Shown: positions 35,961-48,895, numbered from the stretch's first letter. The stretch: 64,000 bases of DNA from Anthoceros angustus (GCA_010909165.1 MU008195.1:310001-374000); one strand, 5' to 3'. A program made the numbers and translations. The notes: a model not told the origin generated them from the letters alone.

Positions 35961-36559
35961 CTAGGACTGCAGCCATACACGATCCCCAAGCCTCTGGGCG
36001 CCATTGCCCCTGCCACATCACGCGAAAAGGGGAGGACGGATACTCGTTGCTCAGGTTGCAAAAAGTGGGAAGGCTAGCATCTGTTTACCCGCGTAGCACC
36101 TGGGGCAGAAGCAATCCGCAGCGCGGGCTGAGCATAGCCTCACAGACCAGCAGTGCAACTCCGAACAGAAATGCATCGAAACTATGCAACGCGGGAAAAG
36201 CATACACAACAACGCTCACCAAGGTCCTCCATGGTTCACCACAACCTGCACAAACGCCATGAAATTCAATCAAACCAAACTAGTTCCGCATCACCAGCAA
36301 ACGGGGAAATCGTTGCAGGACGAAGGAAACGGAAAGGGAAAAGATTTGTCCCAAGAGACGAGACGAGACTCACAGGTCGCTTGGGAGCCTTGGAATTGGA
36401 CAGGATCTCGGTGAGCTGGTTGCAGTGACGAGGTTGCCATGGGAAATTCACGGGGAGGTAAACCCTGCGCAGGCTTCCTCCAAAACCTGCTGAGGCACCG
36501 GGGAGCACGCTCTCCTCCTGCTCCTCCTCACCCTAAGGATTCCCTTCCTTGCTTTACAT
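35961..36559 (-). pseudogene. Thioredoxin-like 3-3 pseudogene (older paralogue)
   Basis: Colinear with 48214..48895. ATG is followed directly by TAA, WCHAC has become WCYAG, and exon 3 has a frameshift and deletion. The AQRLGDRVWLQS* end is retained. Confidence 0.85.
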
Positions 36560-37613
36560 CGCAACACACCCTGCCCCTCGACCTGTAAAAAGCTACAGAC
36601 GATGCTCAATTCGGACAACAACCGTCTTGTCTCCTCTCCGCTCTCCTCCCATCGATTACGTCACCCCCATCCCTGTCGGAGCGCAGCCGAAACAACTCCA
36701 CTCAATCTCCCTATCGCCTTCCAATGTCATGCCGATGGCGCCAACCACCAAACTCTAGACCGCTGCGCCTTTCCATCACCCGCCACCGCGAACGAGCTCG
36801 TCCTCCTGGGAGCAGCTGCAGCAGGACCTTCTTCTCCCCCGGATCCCTCAAACCAAACATTTGCTCTCGCCCTGATAAAGCCCCTTCGCTATCACCGCAG
36901 CATCTACACCGCGAAGATTGCTGTGAAGCCGGGATCGTTGCACTGTGCTTATTACTCAGCTACCGTCGGAGGCCGGGGCCGCATCCCTTTCGGTTGGTGC
37001 CACATCAGGAGCCATGCCCGCAAACGACAAGACACGACGTCATCCCGCTTCTGCCAACCAGCTGCTCCTGCACGGACAGGCCGGAAGCCCCGAGGAAGAA
37101 GAAGTCTAGCTCTTGCCTCTCTCTCATCCTCTTATAAGGTTGCGCAGTTGCCGTGACAAGCCACAGCCCGGTCAGTGTGGCGGCCAGACAGCGGCCACGT
37201 AGTCGGTTCTTCCCTGCCTTGACTGGTGCAACAAGCAGGCGAGGAAGCTTTCAGCATTATGTGAAATCTCCTCCTTTTCTTCCTTCTTCCCGTGCGTGCT
37301 CGAGGAGGCCGTGCGCTTTCAGTGAAGTTTTCTCTTGTGTGTGTGAGTGAAATCTCCTACGTTGTCATCCGCATCATCCTGTGTTCCCTCCTTCTCCTTG
37401 CATCCGGTTGTCTGCATCCGACTTTGTTGCTCCGACTACACAAGGAAGCCAGAAGCTTTGCTGTTACTGCAGGAGGAAGATAGAAGGGGTGCATCCGACT
37501 GTGTAGGGGCTACTGCACTAGGAAGCTCGAAGCTGTGCTTCACATTGTGTGCGTTGCAAGAAGAAGAATGAGCCTGTGAAGTGATTCCTCCGAATGGCGG
37601 CATGGGGTGACTG

Positions 37614-40500
37614 ATGGAAGGAGGCAGGAAGATGGCCGGGACATGCCGGCCCCGGATTTCCGACCTCTGGATCGTGATCCTGCTCCTGGCCGGAGGGGCG
37701 GAGGCGGGGAGGACAAATGCAGCCGACATAGTGGCGCTGCAGAAAGTGAAAGCCGCGCTGCAGGATCCGAACAAGAAGCTGGTCAGCTGGCAGGGGGGGG
37801 ATCCGTGCGGGGACAGAGCTTGGGCGGGGGTCTTCTGCGAGCAGGACGCGCAGGGCGTGGGGAGGGTGATCGAGCTTCGGCTCTTAGGGATGGGACTGCA
37901 GGGAACGCTGGCACCTGAGGTCGGGGACCTGCAGAGCCTGGTGACGCTGAACGTGATGTGGAACAACATCTCGGGGAGCCTGCCTTCGTCCATCGGCAAC
38001 CTCCAGTACCTGGAGCTGCTGCTGGTGAGCGGAAACCAGATGACGGGCCAGCTGCCCCCGGAGCTCGGCCAGCTCGAGATGCTCGACAGGCTGCAGGTGG
38101 ACGAGAACAACTTCACAGGCCCCATCCCGTCCACCTTCGCCCAGCTCCCCCGCGTCAAGCACCTGCACCTCAACAACAACTCCCTCTCAGGCTCCATCCC
38201 GGCGAACCTCGGCTCTCTCCCGAAAGTGCTCCACATCTTGGTGGACAACAATCAGCTCACGGGCGTCATCCCCCCCGACCTCGCCAACAGCTCCACCCTC
38301 CACATCCTGCAGCTGGACAACAACCCCCTGGACGCCCAGCCCATCCCGGGCTCCTTCTTGGAACCCGGGAGGTTCACCACGCTCCTCAAGCTCAGCATGC
38401 GGCGGTGCAATCTGGCAGGACAGGTCCCCCGGCGGATCACCAACATGGCGTCCCTCAAGTTCCTGGATGTGAGCCAGAACGCGCTGGCGGGCTCAGTCCC
38501 GGCACTCCCGCTTCCCAACCTCACCTCCGTCTACCTCTTTGCCAACAACCTCTCCCAGGACGTGGGCCGGGTAACCCTAAGCGGGCTCCCGGAGCTCCAG
38601 GCGCTGCTCCTCTCCAGCAACAATCTGAGCGGGGTATTGAACGAGTCCTCCCTCCTGGGGCTCGGGCCGGCGAGCTCCTTCCAGGACATCATCGTGGATT
38701 TGCAGAACAACAGCATCACCAACATTAGCGTTCCCCTGCCGAACGTGAAGCTCTGGCTGTGGAGTAACCCCGCCTGCAGCGGATCCAACTCCGGTTTCAC
38801 AGAATGCCAAAGGCAGGAGATCGCAGTTTCCTCGGAATTGGACCGCGGGGACAACGAGACCGTCAGCAACTGCGCCGACGCTGTGGTTTGCCGGGAGCAG
38901 TACCAGGCCGCCTGGGCCGTGGGAGGCCCGCCGTTCAGCTGCTCCTGCAGGTACCCCGTCACGCTCCGCCTCCGGCTCAAGAGCCCCAGCTTCACCCTCT
39001 TCGCGCCCTACATCACCACGTACTATGCCTACATCGCGGGAGCCGTGAGCACAGTGAGCAACGCGACGGTGTCTCTCATCCCCGAGCAGGTTCACGTCCG
39101 GAACTACACATGGCAGGCGGGGGGAAGGATGCTGCTGGATCTGCAGCTCTTCCCCGACCCGGATGACAGGTTCCAGCAGACGCAGGCGGACGTGGTCTTC
39201 ACGCTCTTCTCCAACTGGAAGCTTCCGGAGGAGCCGCACTTCGGGCCGTACGAGTTCATGCTGTGGATCCCCGGGGTGTATGGCTCCGTGAGCGAGATCG
39301 CCGGGGGATGGGGACAGGGAGGGATCGGGGTGGGGGTTGTGGCGGGCGCGGTGGCGGCGGCTGTGGCTGCCACGGTCGTCCTGGCGTTCGGGGTTGGGGT
39401 TTGGGTGGTGAGGAGGAAGGGAAAGGGGAAGAGGAAGGCAACGACCATCAGGCGCGGACCGCTGGGCGGCGACGGCAGCAGCGTGCAGATCACGGGGTGA
39501 AGGAGTTCACCTTCGGGGAGCTGAGCGAAGCGACTGATGGATTCAGCGAGGAGCGGAGCATCGGGCGGGAGGGTACGGGAGAGTATACTATGGGGAGCTG
39601 GCGGAGGAAGGGATGGTGGCCATCAAGCGCGCACAGGAGGGGAGTTTGCAGGAAGCCACGAGTTCTACACCGAGATTGCGCTGCTGTCGCGGGTGCATCA
39701 CCGGAACCTGGTGAGGCTGGTGGGGTATTGCCATGACCAGGAGGAGCAGATGCTGGTGTACGAGTACATGGAGGGGACGCTGCGGGATAATCTGTCCGGG
39801 AGGGCAGCCGGGGCTGGATCTCCAGGCTCGCCTGCGCATCGCCATGGGGAGCGCGAGGGGATAGCTTACCTTCACAACGAGGCCAACCCGCCGATCTTCC
39901 ACCGGGACATCAAGGCCACCAACATCCTGCTGGACCACAAGCGGAATGCCAAGGTGGCGGATTGGCTCTCGGGCGCCCGCGCCGGACCAGGAGGGATCTG
40001 GGCCGGGGCATGTCTCCACCGTCGTGAAGGGGACGCCCGGGTACCTGGACCCCAGTACTTCCTCACCCACAAGCTCACGGACAAGAGCGATGTTTACAGC
40101 TTCGGGGTCGTGCTCCTGGAGCTCATCACCGGGCTGCACCCCATCTCCCACGGGAAGAACATCGTGCGCGAAGTGAACACGGCCTTCGAATCCGGCACCG
40201 TGCTGGACATTGTGGATCCTCGCATGGGCCCGCCTACCTGAGCTCATTCACCCGCTGGTGAGCCTCGCCGTGAGCTGCTGCCAGGACAACCCCGATAAGC
40301 GGCCCGGCATCGTCGAGGTGGTGCGGGACCTGGATGACATTTGGCACACCATGCCCTGGGGCGTCTCCACCGATACTGAGGGTTCAGCGCGTGTGCACTC
40401 CAAGGGGCCTCCGCGAGCCCGCTTTCAGGATGATAACTCCGACATCTCCATTGCCGGCGGGATCACCAGCGGCACAGTTATCGACGTCATTCCCCGATAG
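37614..40500 (+). CDS. LRR receptor-like kinase, subfamily LRR-VIII-1 (RLK-A), intronless; kinase part frameshifted in this assembly
   Basis: Signal peptide, LRRNT (WQGGDPC...WAGVFC), LRRs, juxtamembrane [14 protein letters not shown] motifs, TM helix, kinase motifs [36 protein letters not shown], and a C-terminal VIPR*. Frameshifts from ~39495 lie mostly in G/C runs and differ from those in the duplicate, consistent with sequencing error. Confidence 0.88.
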
Positions 40501-40584
40501 TACCAGAAGTGCATGAGCCAAACACGGCATCATAATCTTGTATTTCCACCAGTCTTCCATGACTGAGATAAGCCTGGCAATGCT

Positions 40585-41705
40585 AAAGCGTTGCTGCAAT
40601 TTGTGATGCCACAAGTTGCGAACACAAGACGCTGAAGAGTGAAATGCTGAAGTGATTCAACTGTTAAGCCCTCTCACAAACCGCAAAATCATGAGGTTTC
40701 TGGTGTCAGCTAGAGCGAAAGACTATGCTTCTGTGTTCATCATGGCGGCCAAGCCAACTCCGATGAACTATGCTTTTGCATCATCCACCAGCCGCTTAGA
40801 CTAGCAGTCAGAAAGGAAAAGAAAAAGTTACTCACACATGTCAGGCGACGATATCGTAGAGGCCTCTCGGATGTATGAAGCCTAAAAACTTCATACGCCA
40901 GAACACAAGTTACCAGCAGCAATAGATACCATGAATGACGCTGGCACCTGCAACCGAGTCTGAATGCAGACCTTCTGCGCTGGAAAAGCATGTTGCGTTC
41001 CGTCATTCATCATCTGCCACCAACACAAACAGTGACGACTCAACCGTTACCTACATCTATATGTGCCAAACCGGTTACCTTCACCCATTTACAGAGAATT
41101 AAGGTGAAGATCTGGCAGCCCGTACAACACACCACAAATTGCCAAACAGCACCCACCAAGACCTACTCCAAAAATGTGTTGACCTTTAATTGCTGGCTAC
41201 ATTGCGCAATTCTGTGATAAAACACCATTCAGCACTGAGGGAACAAAAGGAGCTTGATGCCACTCCCATCCCTAACAAATTGTCACTGCACCATGTTAGA
41301 CACCTTCCGTCAGCAACCGATATCACTCAAGTAGCCTCAGCTGCACGACAGGCAGCGACAGCTCCTTCACTTAGAAGATTGTGTCATTCTCTTAATAGCT
41401 CGCATACGTTGTGCCTCAACATTAGCTGCCACCTTCGTACGTGATAGACAACTACCAACACAGAGATGCTAATCCCTAAAAGGTTGGCGAGACAACCGAG
41501 ATCTTGGTCGTCAATCATCTGCGTATGACCAAGCAATCAACAAAAACCACCACAAACATACACACAACCGACCCCGAAGGACCCTCGCACTCTGAAGAAC
41601 ATCAACCCATCCAGACCTCACCACCATGAAACCGCCAGGCGACAGGCAGAGGGCCTGCAAAGAAGAAGAAGAAGAATTATCAGAAGTAAGCTACAGATCA
41701 GATCT
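40585..41705. repeat. Diverged ~1.1-kb block repeated at ~46107-47185 (and ~53000-54120, ~58520-59605)
   Basis: Shared runs such as caagttgcgaacacaagacgctgaa, gactatgcttctgtgttcatcatggcggccaagcc and gacagctccttcacttagaa. Confidence 0.8.
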
Positions 41706-41851
41706 TGGCTCCGTGGGAAATCCTACGCAACATACTTTATACAATTTTGACCCAGATTTAGCCAATTCCGTTGTAGTGTAGAGTGGATGGGGTCCGTGGG
41801 AAAACTCTAGACAAAATAGTTGATAGAATTTTAAATCCAGCCATAATCAAA

Positions 41852-41924
41852 TCCGTTGTAGTCTAGACGGTTAGGATACTCGGCTCTCACCCGAGCGACC
41901 CGGGTTCGAGTCCCGGCAACGGAA
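41852..41924 (+). tRNA. tRNA-Glu (anticodon CTC)
   Basis: Acceptor stem TCCGTTG/CAACGGA, anticodon arm CTCGG-CT-CTC-AC-CCGAG, T-arm CCGGG-TTCGAGT-CCCGG, and a CAA just upstream. Confidence 0.95.
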
Positions 41925-42285
41925 GGTTTACACTCTTGCTCCGGATGGGAGTTTTCTGAGGTTCAGATGTTTTTTCACTTTTCAGTCCGTAGAGTCCGTC
42001 GGTGGAGACTTTGGTTTTCAGAGCCTCTTCGACCACTTTTTTTCACTCTTCATTCCGCAGAGTGCAAGATTTCAGGCCAAACTCAGCACAGTCCAGATGG
42101 TTCACAGGAATCGCGTCGCAAACCGCACAATCCAAACATTCTTCGAAAGCTCTGGTGTTTTGCAATTCGACTGTGTTAGTCCTCTCTATGGAAGATGTTG
42201 GAAGTAAAATACACTTTGGTCCGCTGGCCGCACAAGTACCTGTCCCGCAATTTCCCACATTGGTGGAGCAGGTTTCAGCAGCTGG

Positions 42286-42623
42286 TTAGCGAGGAACGAC
42301 GTCGACAACGGTGCCGCTGAGGAGCACGTCGGTGTGGTTGAAGTTGTCGGAGTTCTAATCTTGACTGCGGTGGCGAGGCGGCTTAGCCTGCAGACCTGCT
42401 GAAGCCTCGATATCTGTGGACACATCCCAGGGCATTGTGCGCCATATATCATCCAAGTCGCGGACCTCCTCAAGAATCGAGGGCCGCTTGTCGGGGTCAT
42501 CCTGGCAGCAGCTGATGGCCAGGCTCACCAGCGGCTGGAACACCTCAGACGAGAATGCTCCATCTGGGGATCCACTACATGCAGCACAGTGTCGGAGTCA
42601 TATGCCGTCTTCACCTCGCGCAC
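42286..42623 (-). pseudogene. Inverted 3'-end fragment of a further LRR-VIII-1 kinase paralogue
   Basis: VREVKTAYDSDTVLHVVDP...[36 protein letters not shown]...QD*NS...GTVVDVVPR*. The in-frame TAG is present in both duplicated units. Confidence 0.85.
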
Positions 42624-42629
42624 CTTCAG

Positions 42630-45330
42630 TGCTTATTTACAAAAACACCCCCATCGGGTATATTCCCCAATCGAAAATTCCAGTCCACCCCTAATCTAGT
42701 TTGGGTGTGCAAAGCCTATCACAGCCACAGGAATTGGAGCCTCCTTTCCTCCGTGATGGCTTTCTTTCGCCAGCGGGTTTTCATAGCTCTGCACAAAGTG
42801 CTATTATAGTTCTGCAGAAAGCGCTACTATAGCTCTTGAAAAGCGCTGGCTAACGCTATTTATGGGATGACTATGTGTCAGGATTAGCGACTTCTTCGCA
42901 CCGGTGATAGGTAGGCCCTTCATCATCCCTGATCACAATATTATTAATAGGTAGTTAGGAAAAGGCATTCGAGGACTAGGACTTCTCTTTACTATTAGTC
43001 CTTTTGGGTTGTTCCTCCTCGGACTTCAGATGGGATTCCTCATCTCGCCTATTAATAACGTCTACTCTTCTCTCCTTTAGAGGTCCCATTCAGGGAGGTG
43101 TCCGATTATATTTTCCCTATTTAAAACTAATAATAATATTATAAACTTTAAAAATCAAAAAATACCCAAAAAAAGAAAAATTTAAATTTTGATTGATAGG
43201 TTTCACTAAAAATAATTTTTACCACTTCTCTATATAGTTGTTTGAAAGCTAGCACTCTCTCTAAGCAACATCAAAAAACCTCTACCTATCATAAAGGAAA
43301 AAGCCTAGCTTAAGAGTCTTCAATCACACCTAAAAGTCTATTATGCTTTGAAATAATCGATTCTTTTTTCTTTCTTTTTTAATATTTTTTAGTAAAAGAA
43401 TTAGAAATCCCATTTAGGGAGGTGAAACTAACATGAATATATGTTTCAAAAGGTCCCAATTACCATTTAGGGAAAAGTCCCATTTATTACATTGTAAACT
43501 AAAGGGAGTAGGATGGGAGGTCCCATTTAGAGAGGAATCCAATTTATAGAGTTCCGAATTAGAGGGGGCCGACTGTATGGTGTTTTGAATTAAAGCCCGC
43601 TACTTCTACATCAGACATATATGGTGCTTTGAGCTTTCCACACTTACACTTTCCCACATAGAGCCCGCAAAGTGAAATCATAGATCTCTGTGCCCATGAA
43701 CGAGGGTTGGAATTCACCCACACATGGCCACAATAGCCAACCTCTCCGGATCCTCGACCATTTGTCAAGGCTAGCTCCTCGCTCATTTTGCGCCTTGACT
43801 TTGTACCATGAGTTACCCTATAGGAGCAATCGCCTAGGGTGAAAACTATATAACGGCACACTAGTTAAACACTAATCGCGACTAGCTTGTAGTGTTGTTC
43901 CATGATATCCTTTCTTTCAATCCTAATTAAGAGTTGGTGTACATGCGCCCAATAGATGTGACCACGATTCCGTCAAGCAAAGGTGTGGAAGAAGGTGTCG
44001 ATTGGACACAGTGAGATGGACGCAATTAAAACACGCCCTCCACCTCTCCACTGGACTAAGAAGCGCTGGCACTGCGTATGATGGTCTCAAGTCGTTGTTC
44101 AAATGGTTCAAGATGCAACAATCAAAGTCTGCATGCAAGTAGGGACTATACATGCAAGCTCGGCAACTAAAAAGCGGCCATTGTTAAGAGATAACTCTTG
44201 ATATTAGAAAGTTTTTGAAATAAACTATAAATAAAGATAGAATAGAACTCAACTACAATAATATTTATAACCATAGTTTCAAATATATTTCTCAATAAAA
44301 TACCTATTCAATGTATAAAGAGCTAATGAGGTGATAATTGTATAAAATTATAATGAGAGTTGCCATTGTACCATACGATGGTAATGTGATTTTTCCTTTT
44401 AAATTCAATGGGTTCATATTTAAGAAACATGACCCTCCTTGACATTTGACATAAACTGAGATTGATGTTTTTAAGACTTGCGCTAACATCAAGAGCTCTA
44501 ATTCGCCACCCCACTCCGTGACCATACTCATCCTCTTAATATAATTGTCTATGTCGCCCTCTACTAAATCTTTGTAGGTATCTCGATGGCTTTCTAATTC
44601 AGCCATAGCCCTTTTGCGTAAAACATCTGCCACGCGGCCTTGACTAGCGTTATCTAACTTCCCATAAAAGTATGCCCTCAACAAACATTTTCCATCCCCT
44701 TCAACATGAATGATCTTGTATTCATTTGGTTGCAATATTTTCCTATCAATGGGTGATGTGAAAACTCCCGAAACAACCTTCGATTTGGCGACCGCTTCAT
44801 GTGGGATCTTTGCAAGTGTGAAGCTCTTTGAAACAACCTTCGACTTCTAAACTAGTATTCGCCTCCAGTTCACATGGGATTCTTGCGGATGTGCATCTCT
44901 TTGAAACAACCTCGGACTTTGAACCAATATTTGGTCTGGTGTGATCTTTGCTTTTTACGCTCTAATAATATAGACAAATCTTTCTTTGAATCAAAATCGG
45001 AAGGAGAGAGTTTTCTCTTGGCGCTTGATTGAACCATCTTTAAAAATATCATATACTGTATATACAACACAACGAACATATATAGCCTTCAACATGGGGC
45101 TTACGACCTTGGTCTTTGAATATTGTAAATATATTGATTAAAAGGGGCTTAAGACCTTGGTCTTCGAACTTTGTAAAAAACTTAAAATAAAAGAATGGGC
45201 CATGCATATGCATTCTACACAAAGCAGCTTCTCCCTATACACTTGTACTATATGTAGCTTTGTGTGCCAAGAACACGCGAGTTGCTAATAAAGGGCTGGG
45301 ATTACGTTAAACTAGTCCGGGTTTGGTTAA
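42630..45330. mobile_element. AT-rich inserted island (putative transposon/viral remnant) carrying an OTU-like ORF; duplicate at ~55035-57750
   Basis: Sharp drop in GC, abrupt truncation of the RLK fragment at 42623, 23-bp tandem repeats at ~42782-42846, and an intronless OTU ORF. No transposase or clear termini/TSD were identified. Confidence 0.4.
44323..45037 (-). CDS. OTU-family cysteine protease/deubiquitinase-like ORF (frameshifted here)
   Basis: IIHVEGDGKCLLRA (Asp/Cys loop), YIKRMSMVTEWGGELEL and GNSHYN (His loop), split over frames. N-terminus MVQSSAKRKLS has GCFK-type repeats. Confidence 0.7.
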
Positions 45331-48213
45331 TCAATGAACTTGCTAACGATTGCAACCGTCACGGGAAATAAAAATGCGAGTGAGATTGAAAAGCTTCGCT
45401 CAAGAGGGACTCCTGAATTGTGCTTGGTGCAATTCTATATTCGAAGCAATTGGGCAACACACTGGCGAGTTTTCGTTGTACAACCACTGGGCACAACAAA
45501 CACAAGTTGGTTGATAATACCAGCTTGAATTAAAGCCAGTCTTGCTATTTCTACATCCTATGGTTGTAGTGTTAGTGCTTTCCAGCTCACAGAGCCCCCA
45601 GAGTGGAAGCACAGATCTCTGTACCCATGTGCTGAACGAGGATCGGACGTGGCCACAGCCACGTCCTGTCTTGCACGTGGCCACAATAGCCAACCTGTCC
45701 GGGTCCTTGCTGACCAGCTTGTCCAGAAGGCGCAGCTCCAGCTCCTTGTTTAGCTTGCAGTTCCTTGACTTTGCACCACGAGTTACCCTATAGGAGCAAT
45801 CGGCATGCTGCAGGAATGGTGGCTTTGATGAATGCTAGCGTCAATGAATGCTAGCACCATCAAAGCACGGAATGCTGGCTTCATCGAAGCAGGAACAGAA
45901 GAAGAAGAATAACATCTTAGACTAAGCAACGAACATGAAGGACCATCTCAAAGCCCAGGACCTTGAGCACACCGTTCGGACATCCAGCACAAAGATCCGT
46001 GCAATCACGAGGCCAATTTCTCGAAAGTGGAAATCGTGCAGTCGCAAGTTTCTCCGCAACCGATGTGGGGATTTCTGTGCACAGGCCACCATTTCTGTAC
46101 ACAGGCCAAGCATTGCTGCAATTTGTGACAAGTTGCGAACACAAGACGCTGAACAGTGAAACGCTGGAGTGATTCAACTGTTACACCGCAAAATCATGAC
46201 GATTCTGGTGTCAGTTAGGAGCGAAAGACTATGCTTCTGTGTTCATCATGGCGGCCAAGCCAACTCCGATGAACTATGCTTTTGCATCATCCACCAGCGC
46301 CTTAGACTAGCAGTCAGAAGGAAAAGAAACAGTTACTCACTCATGTCAGGCGACGAGGCCTCTCGGAGGTATGAACCCTATAAAGCTTCATAGGCCAGAA
46401 CACAAGTTACCAGCAGCAGTGGATATCATGCATGACGCTGGCACCTGTAACGAGTCTGAATGCAGGCCTTCTGCGCTGGAAAAAGCATGTTGCAGTCCGT
46501 TATTCATCATCTGCCACCATACCTTAACAGTGACGACTCAACCGTTACCTGCATCTATATGCGCCAAATCGGTTACCTTCACTCATTTGCAGAGAGCTAA
46601 GGTGAAGATTTGGCAGCCCATACAACACACCACAAATTGCCAAACAGCACCCAGCAAGACCTACTCCAAAAAGTGTTGACCTCTAATCGCTGGCTACATT
46701 GCGCAATTCGGTGACAATACACCATTCGGCACTGGGGAACAAAGGGGCTTGATGCCGCTTCTACCCTAACAAGTTGTGAGGGCCCTATGTTAGACACCTC
46801 CGTCAGCAACTCGAGTAGCCTCAGCTGCACCACAGGCAGCGACAGCTCCTTCACTTAGAATATTATGTCTTTCTCTTCATAGCTCGCACACGTTGTGTCT
46901 CAACATCAGCTGCCACCTCAGTACTTGGGATCCGCCACCACATAGTGATAGACAACTACCAACACAAAGATGCTAAAAGCTTGAGAAACCTAGATCTCGG
47001 TCGTCAATCATCTGCGAATGACCAAGCAATCAACAAAATCACCACAAACATTCACACAACCTACCCCAAAGGGCCCTCGCACTCTAAACAACATACAAAC
47101 CATCCAGACCTGACCACCATGGAACCGCCAGACCACAGGCAGAGGGCCTGCAAAACAACATCAAAGAAGCGGTACAGATCGGATCATACCCTTGCCGACA
47201 GAACGATTGCCCTCTGAAGACTGTCAGATGCTCCAAGAGAAACACCTGGAAGACGTGATTCCCCAAGACAACCGAACGAAACCCTACTACTACCGCAACG
47301 GATGTGGGGATTGCTGTACACAGGCCACCATTTCCTAGACTCCCTGTTGTGAAAGGCAGAGCTGGAGGTGTAGCTCCCATTTTCGACACTCAGCAACAGA
47401 AGGTGAAGACTGCCCAGATCTGCACCTCGTCGCCAACAACAGTGGCGAGGGGATGCCACTGCAACCGAGCAGGAGCTAGAGGAGAAAGCATTGAAGCACC
47501 ATTTTGACAGACAACACTGGACGAAGGCCCTTTCAACAGTTGCGACAAACTAGCTAACAGTCCCTCCTGTCCGGCCCTGCAGATCTTGGCAAATCCCTGC
47601 TGGCCAGGCGTCACCCACTGTACGAGTTGCAACCTGGGCGCGACCAAAGTTGAATAATCGGGCTCCAGGACGTGCACCGTCGTTGCCCACAGGCTGCCAA
47701 AAGCGAGTCTGCTTCAACGAGAGTCGGCCGCCGAGATTGATTGAAAGACCTTGAGCATAAGCGTGTTACCGCGTACCTGCTACATTCGTAATTCCCTTTG
47801 ACCCCAGGAATGACGCGACAGGATGTTAGAGATCAAGCGTCATGCCACAGACCTGACCAGAAATGGAGCACTCAGGAAGTGCTGGCAGCGATGGCACATA
47901 GTATTGTCAAGAGCCAACACCGAGAAAGCAATTGAAAACCTCAATCGACATAGACGACGTAGCCCAGCCTGACATGGAGAGAGAGACACAAGGTTGGTGC
48001 TGCAGCCATCGCCGACAAGAGAAGAACAGGGTGGTGTGCGGAGGTATGTTGGCTGGACGTGGGAGACACTTGGACACATGGTATTCCAAGGCTTGCAAAC
48101 GAGTCTGAGATTTGTAGACAAGCAACACATCATGCTACAAGGCAAGTAGCTTTGCTTTCACATTTCCCATGGTGTGCCCCAGCTTTGTCCAGGTGAGGAT
48201 TGGGGTTCCTGTT

Positions 48214-48895
48214 CTAGGACTGCAGCCATACACGATCCCGAAGCCTCTGGGCACCCCCGCCATAGAACTCATCCACCTTGGCTCCGTCCCGGTAGAAACG
48301 GAACGTTGGAGTGTACCGTACATCCTGTGTGGTGGCCTCGCATTTGTCGATGTCGGCATACACAAAAACGGAGGATGGATACTCGTTGCTCAGGTTGCAG
48401 AAAGTGGGAAGCATTTGCTTACACGCGTGGCACCTGAGGCAGAAGCAATCCGTGTGCCAGGGCTGAGCATACCAGACCAGCAGAGCATGCAACTCAGAAC
48501 AGAAATGCATCCAAAGCATTCAACTCGGGAAAAGCACACGGATCAACTCCACCCACGGCTTACCAGGACGCTCCGTAATTCACTACAGCCTGCACAAACG
48601 CGACGAAATCCAATCAAATCAAACGAGTTCCACATCACCAGCTCACTAACCGACGGTTGCAGGAGCAAGAGAGGAAAAGACTCACACGCCGCTTGCAAGC
48701 CTTGGCATTGGACAGGATCTCGGTGAGCTGCTCGTCCGTTGTTGCAGTGACGAGATTGCCATGGAATTCACGGGCAGGGCAAACCCTGCCGCCTCTTCCA
48801 ACACCTTCTGAGGCACCGGCGCACGCCATCTTCCCTCCTCCTGGTGCTGCTGCTGTTGCTAACCCTAGACCAGGATTCCCTTCCTTGCTTTCCAT
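48214..48895 (-). CDS. Thioredoxin-like protein 3-3; complement(join(48214..48433,48564..48589,48686..48895))
   Basis: Spliced product reads ...AVVNYGASW|CHACKQMLPTFCNLSNEYPSSVFVYADIDKCEATTQDVRYTPTFRFYRDGAKVDEFYGGGAQRLRDRVWLQS*, matching remembered plant TRX-like 3-3 motifs. GT-AG introns keep the frame. Confidence 0.9.

Noticed and set aside
39495-40260. RLK-A as a pseudogene or programmed frameshifting
   Set aside because: Indels fall mostly in G/C homopolymers and differ between the duplicate copies, typical of long-read consensus error.
40740-41006. Type-II membrane protein exon (WYLLLLVTCVLAY) in the repeated 1.1-kb block
   Set aside because: No recognisable family, and I could not build a consistent gene model across the copies.
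41768-41779. CACTA terminal repeat (ttgtagtg)
   Set aside because: It is a near copy of the tRNA-Glu 5' end, and no matching opposite terminus or 3-bp TSD was found.
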